From Leptolyngbya sp. NIES-3755 (lineage in GTDB: Bacteria > Cyanobacteriota > Cyanobacteriia > Leptolyngbyales > Leptolyngbyaceae): DNA of 64,000 nucleotides. Made by a program: the position numbers and the translations under genes. This document shows, one piece after another, positions 1 through 9,159 of the stretch. The notes beneath the pieces are model-generated. The model ran no database searches, was not told the DNA's origin, and saw nothing but the letters and a program-made list of their open reading frames with translations. Each line of letters begins with the position of its first letter. Positions within the stretch are counted from its first letter, which is position 1. Where the stretch lies: NCBI GenBank assembly GCA_001548435.1, contig AP017308.1:503030-567029 (forward strand), given 5' to 3'.

Positions 1-490
1 CATTTTCTCAGGATTGAACAATGTTGATCAGTTAACGACAGTAACGATGGATGCGAAAGCGACGGTTCGAGTAGAGAAGCCAAGTGAAGTCTGGGGCTTG
101 CAAGTTGGACAAACGAATTTTGTGTATGAGGGAGTCAGTCAAGTTCAAGCAGGCATTAACCTCAAACAGTTAGAAGTAAAATCGGTGAGTGCGGATGCGG
201 TTCATTTAAGTTTGCCTGCACCGTATATTCGAGAGATTGGTTTGGATGTGGGACATTCGACGATTTTGGCGAACTATCGAGATTGGGTTGCACCAAAAGC
301 AACTCCCGAATTGCAAGAACAAGCTCAACTGAAAGCGATCGCTGCAATTCGACAAGAAGCTTGTCATGGTGGGATTCTTGAAGCCGCAAATCAGAGTGCG
401 AAACAATTGCTAACTGATGTATTGACGAAGTTGGGATACACCACGATTCAGATTGATACGCAGTTGCCGAAAGATAGTCCTTGTGGTTAG
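1..490 (+). CDS. DUF4230 family protein (5' end probably outside window; listed ORF starts at TTG 14)
   Basis: The reading frame is open back to base 2. The translated product resembles DUF4230 proteins from its overall composition and length class; this is pattern recall, not a search. Confidence 0.45.
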   Translation, partial: IFSGLNNVDQLTTVTMDAKATVRVEKPSEVWGLQVGQTNFVYEGVSQVQAGINLKQLEVKSVSADAVHLSLPAPYIREIGLDVGHSTILANYRDWVAPKATPELQEQAQLKAIAAIRQEACHGGILEAANQSAKQLLTDVLTKLGYTTIQIDTQLPKDSPCG

Positions 491-1011
491 TTTTTGGGAA
501 GCGTTCAATGCCTCGGTTCAACAGATGCAGCAATTAGGACTAGATTACTTGAATCGCTTACAGAGATAGCTATGGTAAACACCTGAAACTCTGCTATTGT
601 TCTTTCAATCTGATATTAGTTCTCAATAACTAGCATTCCATAGATGCGCGAAAGTGAAGCTTATAAATAGAATTCAATGAATTTAAAAAGGCGGTAGAGG
701 AACTCATCGAAACTTGTTTCAGGTGATTTGGCTTCGGTAGCAACGCAAAGTCGTATGGCAACCGGGGCTTTTCTGTGTGAATTCGTAAGGGAGCGATCGC
801 GGCTTAACATTACTTAATGGTCAATTAATGAGAATTTATTGCAGTAATAGTGCTACACTCTGTTTTGAGTTTATTGAGATTAATCGTCAACAACGATCAC
901 GATAAAGACATCGATCGCATTCAATCACGACTTAGATTTTTGTCGATCGACTCATTGTTCAATCTGTTGAAATCCAACTTCAGCACACTCTCATTTGGAG
1001 AAAAGTAAACC

Positions 1012-2040
1012 ATGCAAAGTTATGGCAACCCAGAGGTACAGTACGACTGGTGGGCGGGAAATGCCCGATTTGCTAATCTCTCTGGACTCTTCATTGCAGC
1101 CCATGTTGCCCAAGCCGCGCTGATCACCTTCTGGGCAGGAGCATTCACCCTGTTTGAAATCTCCCGCTATTCGCCAGATCTACCAATGGGCGCACAAGGA
1201 CTTATTCTGCTTCCTCATCTTGCAACACTAGGTTTAGGAGTCGGTAAAGGTGGACAAATTGTGGATACTTATCCTTACTTTGTGGTTGGAGCAGTTCACC
1301 TGATTTCCTCAGCCGTCTTGGGAGCAGGGGCATTGTTCCACACCTTTAGAGCACCACAAGACTTAAAAGAGGCAACTGGACAAGCTCGCAAGTTTCACTT
1401 CGAGTGGGAAAAGCCTGAATCACTCGGATTTATTTTAGGACATCATCTTCTGTTTTTGGGTGCGGGAGCATTGTTACTGGTTGCAAAAGCAATGTTTTTC
1501 GGTGGAATTTATGATGCCACGATTCAAGAAGTTCGTGTTGTCACTGAACCCACTTTGAATCCTGCTGTGATTTATGGTTATCAAACTCACTTTGCTAGTG
1601 TGAACAACTTAGAAGATCTGATCGGTGGTCATATCTATGTGGGAGCAATGTTGATTTTGGGTGGAATTTGGCACATTCTCGTTCCGCCGCTGAAGTGGGC
1701 AAGAAAGCTGCTCATCTTTTCGGGTGAAGCGATTTTGTCTTACTCATTGGGTGGAATTGCTTTAGCAGGATTTGTTGCGGCTTACTTCTGTGCGGTGAAT
1801 ACGCTTGCTTATCCGGTTGAGTTCTATGGTCCTGCACTCGAAGTCAAGCTGGGAATTACACCTTACTTTGCGGATACAGTCCAGCTACCGATGGGCGCTC
1901 ATACGCCGCGTTCCTGGTTGGCGAATGCTCATTTCTTCTTAGCGTTCTTCTTCTTGCAAGGACATCTCTGGCACGCACTCCGCGCAATTGGCTTTGACTT
2001 TAAGCGAGTTGAAAAAGCATTGAACTCTGTCGAAGTGTAA
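1012..2040 (+). CDS. isiA: Iron-stress-induced chlorophyll-binding protein IsiA (CP43')
   Basis: 342 aa with N-terminus [49 protein letters not shown] and six membrane-spanning helices of the CP43/IsiA/Pcb family. The length matches IsiA; it lacks the large lumenal loop that gives PsbC about 460 aa. Confidence 0.85.
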   Translation: MQSYGNPEVQYDWWAGNARFANLSGLFIAAHVAQAALITFWAGAFTLFEISRYSPDLPMGAQGLILLPHLATLGLGVGKGGQIVDTYPYFVVGAVHLISSAVLGAGALFHTFRAPQDLKEATGQARKFHFEWEKPESLGFILGHHLLFLGAGALLLVAKAMFFGGIYDATIQEVRVVTEPTLNPAVIYGYQTHFASVNNLEDLIGGHIYVGAMLILGGIWHILVPPLKWARKLLIFSGEAILSYSLGGIALAGFVAAYFCAVNTLAYPVEFYGPALEVKLGITPYFADTVQLPMGAHTPRSWLANAHFFLAFFFLQGHLWHALRAIGFDFKRVEKALNSVEV

Positions 2041-2130
2041 GTTTAACATTCGAGGCTCAGGATGAAGGAATAGCACCTTTCATCTTGAGCGACTTACAAC
2101 AATCGCGATCGTGCCACGTTCTGATCATGC

Positions 2131-2460
2131 TTGATGTTATTTCATACCATGACCTATCTCGTTCAATTTTGTCACATCTTTCTCTGTTGTTTCTGCATTT
2201 TTGCTTTACTGTCTGTGTTTCTATTTAGTCTCAGTTGGGCAGGACAAGACGGAATCAAGCAACTAAAGCGGCTCCATCAAATTCCCTGTAGTCGTTGTGC
2301 TTACTTCACGGGTGATTACAACCTCAAATGTACGGTTCGTCCCTGTGAAGCGCTGACCGAATCTGCAATCTGCTGCCGAGATTTTGAACCTCGTTCCGCA
2401 CCTCAACCTATCTCCAAATCTAAGAAAAATGTACCTTCCTTTTCGCTCCACTCCCGCTGA
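2131..2460 (+). CDS. Small hypothetical protein: hydrophobic N-terminus plus Cys-rich C-terminus (CSRC-x10-C-x4-C-x8-CC)
   Basis: ORF only; overlaps the start of the downstream Crp-family gene in another frame; no recognised family. Confidence 0.2.
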   Translation: MMLFHTMTYLVQFCHIFLCCFCIFALLSVFLFSLSWAGQDGIKQLKRLHQIPCSRCAYFTGDYNLKCTVRPCEALTESAICCRDFEPRSAPQPISKSKKNVPSFSLHSR

Positions 2461-3040
2461 GAATCGTTTGCCAGCAAAACCTACTCTTTTACAACCTCAA
2501 AATTCTGTGATTCGTTCTCGATCGTTTCGACATCGCGATCGCATTCCTGCGGTTCCGAATCGTCTTTGGAGCATTGAATCGGGCTATGTTCGATCGCTCA
2601 CTTGGGATGAAACGGGCACGATCGCAGCTTTAGGAATTTGGGGAACAGGAGATATCGTTGGACATCAACTCTCAAAAATTCAGCCTTACCAAATTGAGTG
2701 CTTAACTCCTGTTCTGGTAAGAGAAATTCCATTGTCCGGTGACTGTGTTCATTTACTGTTGTCTCATCTTCAACAGATGGAAATATTGTTAAGTCTTGCC
2801 AGTATTAAACAAGCTTCGGATCGATTAATGAGTCTTTTGGAATGGTTATCGCAGCGATTTGGCGAACTGAATGACCAAGGTTATGTCATTGATGTCCCGC
2901 TTACACATCAATCGATTTCTGAATTAATCGGATCAACTAGAGTCACTGTCACTCGGATTTTAAATCAGCTAGAACGAGAGAGCAAAATTCAGCAGCTTCG
3001 CCAACATCGCATTCTTTTACGGAGTTTTGTGAATCGATAA
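2384..3040 (+). CDS. Crp/Fnr-family transcriptional regulator (cNMP-binding domain plus C-terminal HTH). True start possibly the internal ATG at 2429.
   Basis: Beta-roll region (RLWSIESGYVRSLTWDETGTIAALGIWGTGDIVG) followed by a C-terminal HTH (SISELIGSTRVTVTRILNQLE). Architecture matches the CRP/NtcA family. Confidence 0.8.
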   Translation: MNLVPHLNLSPNLRKMYLPFRSTPAENRLPAKPTLLQPQNSVIRSRSFRHRDRIPAVPNRLWSIESGYVRSLTWDETGTIAALGIWGTGDIVGHQLSKIQPYQIECLTPVLVREIPLSGDCVHLLLSHLQQMEILLSLASIKQASDRLMSLLEWLSQRFGELNDQGYVIDVPLTHQSISELIGSTRVTVTRILNQLERESKIQQLRQHRILLRSFVNR

Positions 3041-3116
3041 GATTGGTTGACAAATTTAAGAAAGACTCAGATTTTGCGGGGTTCCAAGCAGGCTTAATCG
3101 GCTCTGTGTTGTGATT

Positions 3117-3145
3117 TGCAAATAATTATCTGATATTTATTTGCA
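3117..3145. promoter_or_regulatory. AT-rich perfect inverted repeat TGCAAATAA-n11-TTATTTGCA (candidate operator, Fur-box-like content)
   Basis: Perfect 9-bp arms read directly in the sequence, in the crp-dps intergenic region. The core AATAATTATCTGATATTTATT resembles AT-rich Fur/iron boxes. Confidence 0.25.
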
Positions 3146-3504
3146 TTTAGTCGATGTTATGTAGATTACACCTCGGCTCAATCACGATCGCTATTGCACA
3201 ATAAAGTCAGGATTACAACTTCAGAGATTCTTCTTATGATTTAATGACAGAAGCCCTACAGAGTGATTGCGTAAGTTAAGCAACATCACGAACCTTGCAT
3301 GAATTTGCTGTCCAACTGATTTTACGTACTTGAATAAAAGCTGGTTTAACTGAAATCAGTACTGATAAAACCTTGCATTTTTTAAGTTTAAACCTTGTTG
3401 AATCAGCGATCGCGCCTCGAATAAACCTGTTACACTCAGGCGTAGCTCAATCTCTACAAATAGAGCATTGATCGCGAACCCACCGATTCTCTAGGAAGAA
3501 CACT

Positions 3505-4035
3505 ATGTCTCAAACACTCGTCAGACCCTTTGGGCAAGTTGGCAATAATCCAGTCCTGTTGGATCGTTCTACAACCGAACCCGTTTGCGAAGGTTTAAAC
3601 ATTGCTCTAGCAAGTTTTCAAGCTTTGTATCTGCAATACCAGAAGCATCATTTCGTGGTGGAAGGCGCAGAATTCTACTCGTTGCATCAGTTCTTTGAAG
3701 AGGGGTATGATGCAACCCAAGGTCATGTGCATGACTTAGGAGAACGATTGAATGGTTTGGGTGGTGTCCCGGCTGCCAGCTTCTCGAAACTTGCAGAACT
3801 TTGCTGTTTCACACCCGAAGCGGATGGAGAATTTAACTGTCGCCAAATGGTCGAAAATGATTTAGTAGCAGAACAAGCGATTATTTTGTTGCTTCGTCGA
3901 TTGGCATCCCAAGCAGAAAGTTTGGGCGATCGTGCAACTCGTTACCTGCTTGAGCAAATTCTCCTCAAGACTGAAGAACGCGCTTACCATTTGGATCATT
4001 TCTTAGCACATGATACTTTGGTGATTCTGAATTAG
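3505..4035 (+). CDS. dps: Dps-family DNA-protecting ferritin-like protein
   Basis: 176 aa; the ferritin-like fold signature runs [18 protein letters not shown]...HVHDLGERL, with ferroxidase-site His/Glu/Asp spaced as in Dps. Confidence 0.8.
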   Translation: MSQTLVRPFGQVGNNPVLLDRSTTEPVCEGLNIALASFQALYLQYQKHHFVVEGAEFYSLHQFFEEGYDATQGHVHDLGERLNGLGGVPAASFSKLAELCCFTPEADGEFNCRQMVENDLVAEQAIILLLRRLASQAESLGDRATRYLLEQILLKTEERAYHLDHFLAHDTLVILN

Positions 4036-4043
4036 CGATCGCG

Positions 4044-4076
4044 CTGTGGATCAGGTTCAAACAATCTGATCCACAG
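4044..4076. terminator. Bidirectional hairpin (CTGTGGATCAG-n11-CTGATCCACAG) between convergent dps and the downstream minus-strand gene
   Basis: Perfect 11-bp inverted repeat read from the sequence, sitting between two convergent stop codons. Confidence 0.5.
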
Positions 4077-4123
4077 CATGAAGTTACCTTTTAATCAAAG
4101 CATCGACTGGATCAGTAGGAAAA

Positions 4124-5167
4124 CTACATAGATGCCATTTCTTGTTGCACTCTGGTTTTTACCGCTTTGAATTGAGAAGCCATTTGTTCCTTCTCTTCGG
4201 TACTGCAATTTTTGTCGATCGATGCAAACATGGTGCTTTCTTCCTGCCGAATGTGGTCGCCGACTTGCTCCATCAAATCCTTGATTTTGGAACGGAACAG
4301 ATCAGCCGATGAAGATGGATCGATCGATTTAATCTCTTCCAACATCGGTCGCCATTCTGCTTGTTCGTCGTAGAGTTCTTGAGTGTTTTCATCGCCGTAG
4401 AATGGGCGAATTTTGGCATAGACCACTTCTTCCTCAGCTTGAGCGTGAGCCAGCATATCCTTGTACAGTTGACCGAAGTATTCTTGTAGCTTCTGTGGAT
4501 CTTTCGTTGCACCGATTTCAGTAAAGATCGTGTTGACCTTGTTGTGATCCAATCGAATCAACGTTTGGATATTCATATCCTGCTTATTAGTGTTTTGAGT
4601 GATCACACTGCCCGCAACACCAGATAAAGCCGCGATCGCATCTTGCACTCGTGCCCAAAGACCTTGATCGGCATCCATTCCAGTCATCTCACGAACGCCC
4701 ACTTGTTCGAGCATTCCTTTGAGTTGTTCTTGATGTGCCCGACCTTCAAAATTCACTGTATTGAGCGGCGCGATCGCAATTTCGATATCGGCTCCCACCT
4801 TTTGTGCTGCTTTGTGAATGTTGATGCCGCTCATGGCTTGACCATGCTTCATCAGTTCATGGTGAATCAGCTTTTGATAGTACGTGAACTCATCCCGTGC
4901 CATCATTTGCTCAAAGTTTTCGACAAAAATCTTCGTTGCAGCACTCGGTTCAGGTTGAATGCCGTATTGCACCAGCACCGTTTCAATGATGCCTAAGTTC
5001 TTTTGATCATCTTCCAGCATGTTTTGTAAACGATCGCGCACATCATTATAGGGACAGGCTTCGATCAACTTCTGGTCATTGGAAATAATCAAACTTTGAA
5101 AGGCTTTTAGATCTGCTAACCGTTCTCCGATCATTAATCGCTTTGTATCGTCTAGCGTTGTAACCAT
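4124..5167 (-). CDS. Ferritin-like (DUF892/YciF-like) N-terminal domain plus C-terminal hemerythrin HHE cation-binding domain protein
   Basis: 347 aa. The C-terminal half has the H...HxxxE / H...E spacing of hemerythrin-like domains (LIRLDHNKV...MLAHAQAEEE...HIRQEE). The N-terminal half is an all-helical ferritin-like region. Confidence 0.5.
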   Translation of the reverse strand: MVTTLDDTKRLMIGERLADLKAFQSLIISNDQKLIEACPYNDVRDRLQNMLEDDQKNLGIIETVLVQYGIQPEPSAATKIFVENFEQMMARDEFTYYQKLIHHELMKHGQAMSGINIHKAAQKVGADIEIAIAPLNTVNFEGRAHQEQLKGMLEQVGVREMTGMDADQGLWARVQDAIAALSGVAGSVITQNTNKQDMNIQTLIRLDHNKVNTIFTEIGATKDPQKLQEYFGQLYKDMLAHAQAEEEVVYAKIRPFYGDENTQELYDEQAEWRPMLEEIKSIDPSSSADLFRSKIKDLMEQVGDHIRQEESTMFASIDKNCSTEEKEQMASQFKAVKTRVQQEMASM

Positions 5168-5353
5168 CTTAAATTCTCCTATAAATTCGGACTCCCTGAT
5201 TTTGAAAGGGATTGATTAGTGTTCCACCTGACTGAAGTTAGATCTTGAAAAGAGAGTCGGGTTGCAGACTTTTGATTTCGCCAATATTTCTTAAGAGAGC
5301 GGAGGTTTCAAAATTCTTCCCTTATTCTGACGAAGAAGAATGATAAATGCCTT

Positions 5354-6070
5354 ATGAATCCACACATTGAAATTCTCTCTGACTTGCCTGCACTGGTCGA
5401 TCGTGCTCTTGAACTCGTACTTGAAAAACTCCATAGCGCGATCGCATCTCGCAACATTGCGACGATCGCTCTAGCAGGCGGTAGCACTCCAAAACCGCTC
5501 TACGAAAAACTCGCACAGCAAGATTTTCCCTGGGATAAACTCCACATTTTCTGGGGCGATGAACGGTATGTGCCAGCAGATCATCCCGATAGTAATCAGC
5601 GAATGGCGCGGTTAGCCTGGCTCGATCGAGTTCCGATCCCCGCTGAGAATATTCATCCGATGCCAACCGAAGAAGCAGATCCCACGATCGCAGCCCAGAA
5701 ACACGAAGCTGAATTGCAATCTTTCTTTCACTCAAAGCCTGGAGAATTTCCTGCATTTGATGTGATTTTGCTTGGAATTGGTGATGATGCTCATACTGCG
5801 TCGTTATTTCCAAATACGGAAGCTTTGAAAATTCGCGCTCGCTTAATCACAGTCGGAAACAAAGACGGAAATCCTCGAATTACTTTTACTGCGCCTTTGA
5901 TTAACGCTGCTCGCAGTGTCATTTTCATGGTCGCAGGTGCAAATAAATACAACGCCCTAACGCAGATTTTTGCAGACGAAGCCGACGAAACAACCTACCC
6001 AGCGAGACTAATCAAACCGCAAGGCGAACTCTGGTGGTTGCTCGAACAATCTACAAATTTTACTAAATAA
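5354..6070 (+). CDS. pgl: 6-phosphogluconolactonase
   Basis: IALAGGSTPKPLYEKL...WGDERYVP...GIGDDAHTASLFP motifs typical of Pgl/NagB-fold lactonases. Confidence 0.85.
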   Translation: MNPHIEILSDLPALVDRALELVLEKLHSAIASRNIATIALAGGSTPKPLYEKLAQQDFPWDKLHIFWGDERYVPADHPDSNQRMARLAWLDRVPIPAENIHPMPTEEADPTIAAQKHEAELQSFFHSKPGEFPAFDVILLGIGDDAHTASLFPNTEALKIRARLITVGNKDGNPRITFTAPLINAARSVIFMVAGANKYNALTQIFADEADETTYPARLIKPQGELWWLLEQSTNFTK

Positions 6071-6152
6071 TGCGGAAAATCGAGAGTCTTAGGTTTACAA
6101 TCGTGCTTCACTAACACTCGGATTTCTCGATCGATAAGGAGTTGACCATTTA

Positions 6153-7493
6153 ATGAGTAACCAGGCTTTCCCAACTCGTCTGAAAATCGGACGCGCTTTG
6201 TCTCTCGCAGTCATGACACTCACTGTTGGATTGCTGGCTGCCGCCTGTCAAGAAGCCGCCCCACCCACCGGACAAGGCGGAACCGCATCTCCAGGGGGAA
6301 CCTCTCCTGCTGCAAACACTGGAGGCGGAGGCTTAAAGATTGGATCGCTCCTGCCTTCGACTGGAGATCTCGCCTCGGTTGGACAACAGATGACCGCGGC
6401 AGTTCCCCTACTGGTTGAAACCGTGAATCAGTGCGGTGGCGTGAATGGTCAGCCTGTGACCTTGGTTCAAGTGGATGACCAGACCGATCCGGCTGCGGGT
6501 GCAGAAGGGATGACCCGACTAGCAGAACGCGAACGGGTCGCAGGTGTCGTTGGCTCGTTCGCAAGTAGTGTTTCGACCGCAGCACTCCCGATCGCAGTTC
6601 GGAACAAAGTGGTGCTAATTTCTCCGGGAAGTACAAGCCCAGTGTTCACACAACAGGCGAAAGAAAACAAATTCCAAGGCTACTGGGCAAGAACGGCTCC
6701 ACCGGATACCTATCAAGCACAAGCGTTGGCAAAATTGGCGAGTGAGCGCAACTTGAAAACCGCAGGCACGATCGTGATTAACAATGATTATGGCGTGGGC
6801 TTTGAGCGGGAATTTGTCAAGGCGTTTACAGCACTCGGTGGCAAGATTACGAATGAGGCAAGACCGACTCGGTACGATCCCAAAGCTACCACGTTTCAAA
6901 CGGAAGCTGCGGCAGCGTTTACAGGGAATCCACAAGCCGTTGCAGCCGTCTTATATGCGGACACGGGAAGCTTGATTGTGAAGTCGGCTTATGAGCAAGG
7001 AAGAAGCCAGAATTCTCAATTCCTGCTCACAGATGGGGTTTACTCTCAGGACTTTGTGGATAAGGTTGGTAAAGGTCAGAATGGACAATCGATCCTCGCA
7101 GGTGCGCTAGGAACGGTTCCAGGAGCGAGTGGAACGGGATTAGCCGCCTTTACGAAACTGTGGGAAGAAAAACAGAAACGTCCTTTAGCGGCTTATGCGC
7201 CTCATGCTTGGGATGCTGCTGCGATTTTGGTGTTAGCCGCGCAAGCAGCGAAATCGAACACAGGGGAAGCGATCAAAAATCAGTTGCGAGAAGTGACTAA
7301 TGCGCCTGGAGAAGAGGTTTCGGATGTGTGCAAAGGGTTGGAACTGTTGCGTCAAGGTAGACAAATTAACTATCAAGGGGCAAGCGGCAATGTCGATATC
7401 GATGAGGCTGGCGATGTCGTGGGTAGCTATGATGTTTGGACTGTAGGACCAGATGGCAAGCTGAAAACGATCGGGAAAGTAAATCCGAGATAA
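6153..7493 (+). CDS. ABC transporter periplasmic substrate-binding lipoprotein, LivJ/NatB branched-chain/neutral amino-acid type (orphan; no permease adjacent)
   Basis: Lipobox LAAAC followed by a Gly/Pro-rich linker, then a type-I periplasmic binding fold (LKIGSLLPSTGDLASVG...GSFASSVS...). Confidence 0.7.
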   Translation: MSNQAFPTRLKIGRALSLAVMTLTVGLLAAACQEAAPPTGQGGTASPGGTSPAANTGGGGLKIGSLLPSTGDLASVGQQMTAAVPLLVETVNQCGGVNGQPVTLVQVDDQTDPAAGAEGMTRLAERERVAGVVGSFASSVSTAALPIAVRNKVVLISPGSTSPVFTQQAKENKFQGYWARTAPPDTYQAQALAKLASERNLKTAGTIVINNDYGVGFEREFVKAFTALGGKITNEARPTRYDPKATTFQTEAAAAFTGNPQAVAAVLYADTGSLIVKSAYEQGRSQNSQFLLTDGVYSQDFVDKVGKGQNGQSILAGALGTVPGASGTGLAAFTKLWEEKQKRPLAAYAPHAWDAAAILVLAAQAAKSNTGEAIKNQLREVTNAPGEEVSDVCKGLELLRQGRQINYQGASGNVDIDEAGDVVGSYDVWTVGPDGKLKTIGKVNPR

Positions 7494-7565
7494 GAGAATG
7501 TGCGATCGTCGATGAAAGTTCTTGCGTGAGTTCAACGTTCAAACAAGAACTAATCTACGATCGCA

Positions 7566-8399
7566 TTAAGCCGACCAAGCCTCGCGAAAATCCGCATAGA
7601 GTGTTAATCCACCATCAATGAACAGCGTTTGCCCCGTAATGTAAGCGGCATCTTCTGAAGCGAGAAAGGCAACAGCGGCAGCCATTTCCTCAGTAGTTCC
7701 CGCACGAGACATCGGGATATGACTTTCTACAACGGCTTTCTTTTCTGGATCTTCGACCCACTCTTCATTAATTGGAGTCACAGTTGCACCCGGCGCGATC
7801 GCATTGACCCGAATTCTACGACCTGCATATTCAAGCGCCAGTGTTTTTGTTAGATTTTCCATTCCGCCTTTGCTCACCGAATAGCTCAGATACATCGGTC
7901 GCGGAATGATTTCGTGAACACTTGAGATATTGATAATTGTTCCAGGCTGATTGTGTGAAACAAAGTGTTTTAGAGCTTCCCGCGCACAGAGAAATGCACC
8001 GCGTAAGTTAATTGAAAGAATTCGATCGAACTCTTCAGTCGGAATTTCATGTGAAGCACACTCGGTTTGTACCCCTGCATTGTTGACTAAGATATCTAAG
8101 CTACCGAATGTCTCGATCGTCGTTTTGAACATTCTCAGAATGTCGTCTTCTTTTGAGACATCTCCTTGAATTAGAACTGTTTTGATCCCTTCAGGAGCTT
8201 TTTGGAGTGCCATTTTTTGGGTCTCTTCGGCTTCTTCGAGGCTTTTGCGGTAATTGATCACAATATTGCAGCCTTCTTGAGCCAATCGAATTGCGATCGC
8301 TTGTCCGATCCCTGAACTGGCTCCGGTAATGAGCGCGGTCTTTCCAGCGAGTCCTTTCATCACAGTTCTCCTTTGGGTCTGAGCGAACAGCGTGATCAT
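7566..8399 (-). CDS. SDR-family oxidoreductase (glucose-1-dehydrogenase-like)
   Basis: Cofactor site TGASSGIGQAIA, NNAG motif, and the catalytic YSVSK (YxxxK) tetrad region. Confidence 0.85.
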   Translation of the reverse strand: MITLFAQTQRRTVMKGLAGKTALITGASSGIGQAIAIRLAQEGCNIVINYRKSLEEAEETQKMALQKAPEGIKTVLIQGDVSKEDDILRMFKTTIETFGSLDILVNNAGVQTECASHEIPTEEFDRILSINLRGAFLCAREALKHFVSHNQPGTIINISSVHEIIPRPMYLSYSVSKGGMENLTKTLALEYAGRRIRVNAIAPGATVTPINEEWVEDPEKKAVVESHIPMSRAGTTEEMAAAVAFLASEDAAYITGQTLFIDGGLTLYADFREAWSA

Positions 8400-8461
8400 A
8401 CACTGGTCACTAAAATAGAAAAACGATAAATCACTTCAACAGGCGAAAATCTGTCCGTAGA

Positions 8462-9142
8462 GTGAGTCAAATTTTGTTAACTGCGATCGAGAATGACACC
8501 ATGACGGAACAAGACAAGCCTCGAAGCGTACCTCAGTTACATACCTCTGAACTATTGCAGAATCTATTGCAGCAACATTCTGGGGAGACGATTCGCTTAG
8601 GAGAATTGATCCAAAGTTTGGGCAGTCGTGCATTTGGTCCGACATTATTGCTTTGTGCATTACCGGAAGCATTACCGTTACCGATCGCAGGTGTGTCTGC
8701 GATTATTGGCACTCCATTATTTATTTTTTCCGTACAGCTCCTACTTGGATATCCTTCTCCTCAACTTCCAAAGTGGCTCTCTAATAAAACGTTTAGGCGT
8801 AAAGACTTTGAGAAAGCTGTGAGACAGATTTTGCGCTATTTGCACCGATTCGAGAAAATCATTCGTCCTCGCTGGCAGTTTGCAACAACTCCGATCGTAG
8901 AACGTTGGTTAGGATTACTCTTTGTCGTGCTTGCAGTGGTGATTATGCTGCCGATCCCGTTTGGGAATTTCTTGCCTGCGATCGCGATTGTGACGATTAG
9001 TTTGGGATTGATCGAGGCGGATGGAGTGTTGGTAGTCGCTGGCTCGATCGCATCGGTGATCATTTTGGTGATTATGGCAGGTGCGATCGTGACACTCTTC
9101 TCTTGGGTGATGCAATGGCTTAATCAATTCTTGAGACGCTGA
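8462..9142 (+). CDS. ExoD-family exopolysaccharide-synthesis membrane protein
   Basis: Matches the ExoD family pattern (LALPEALPLP..G..AIIGTPL...), 226 aa, multiple TM segments. Confidence 0.65.
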   Translation: MSQILLTAIENDTMTEQDKPRSVPQLHTSELLQNLLQQHSGETIRLGELIQSLGSRAFGPTLLLCALPEALPLPIAGVSAIIGTPLFIFSVQLLLGYPSPQLPKWLSNKTFRRKDFEKAVRQILRYLHRFEKIIRPRWQFATTPIVERWLGLLFVVLAVVIMLPIPFGNFLPAIAIVTISLGLIEADGVLVVAGSIASVIILVIMAGAIVTLFSWVMQWLNQFLRR

Positions 9143-9159
9143 GCGAAATCTTTCTTCGG

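Noticed and set aside
1012-2040. Considered calling this psbC (CP43)
   Set aside because: At 342 aa it lacks the large lumenal E-loop that makes PsbC about 460 aa. The N-terminus and length fit IsiA/CP43'.
4643-4996. 117-aa plus-strand ORF
   Set aside because: Antisense inside the ferritin-like/hemerythrin gene. Cys/His-rich by chance from reverse-complement codons.
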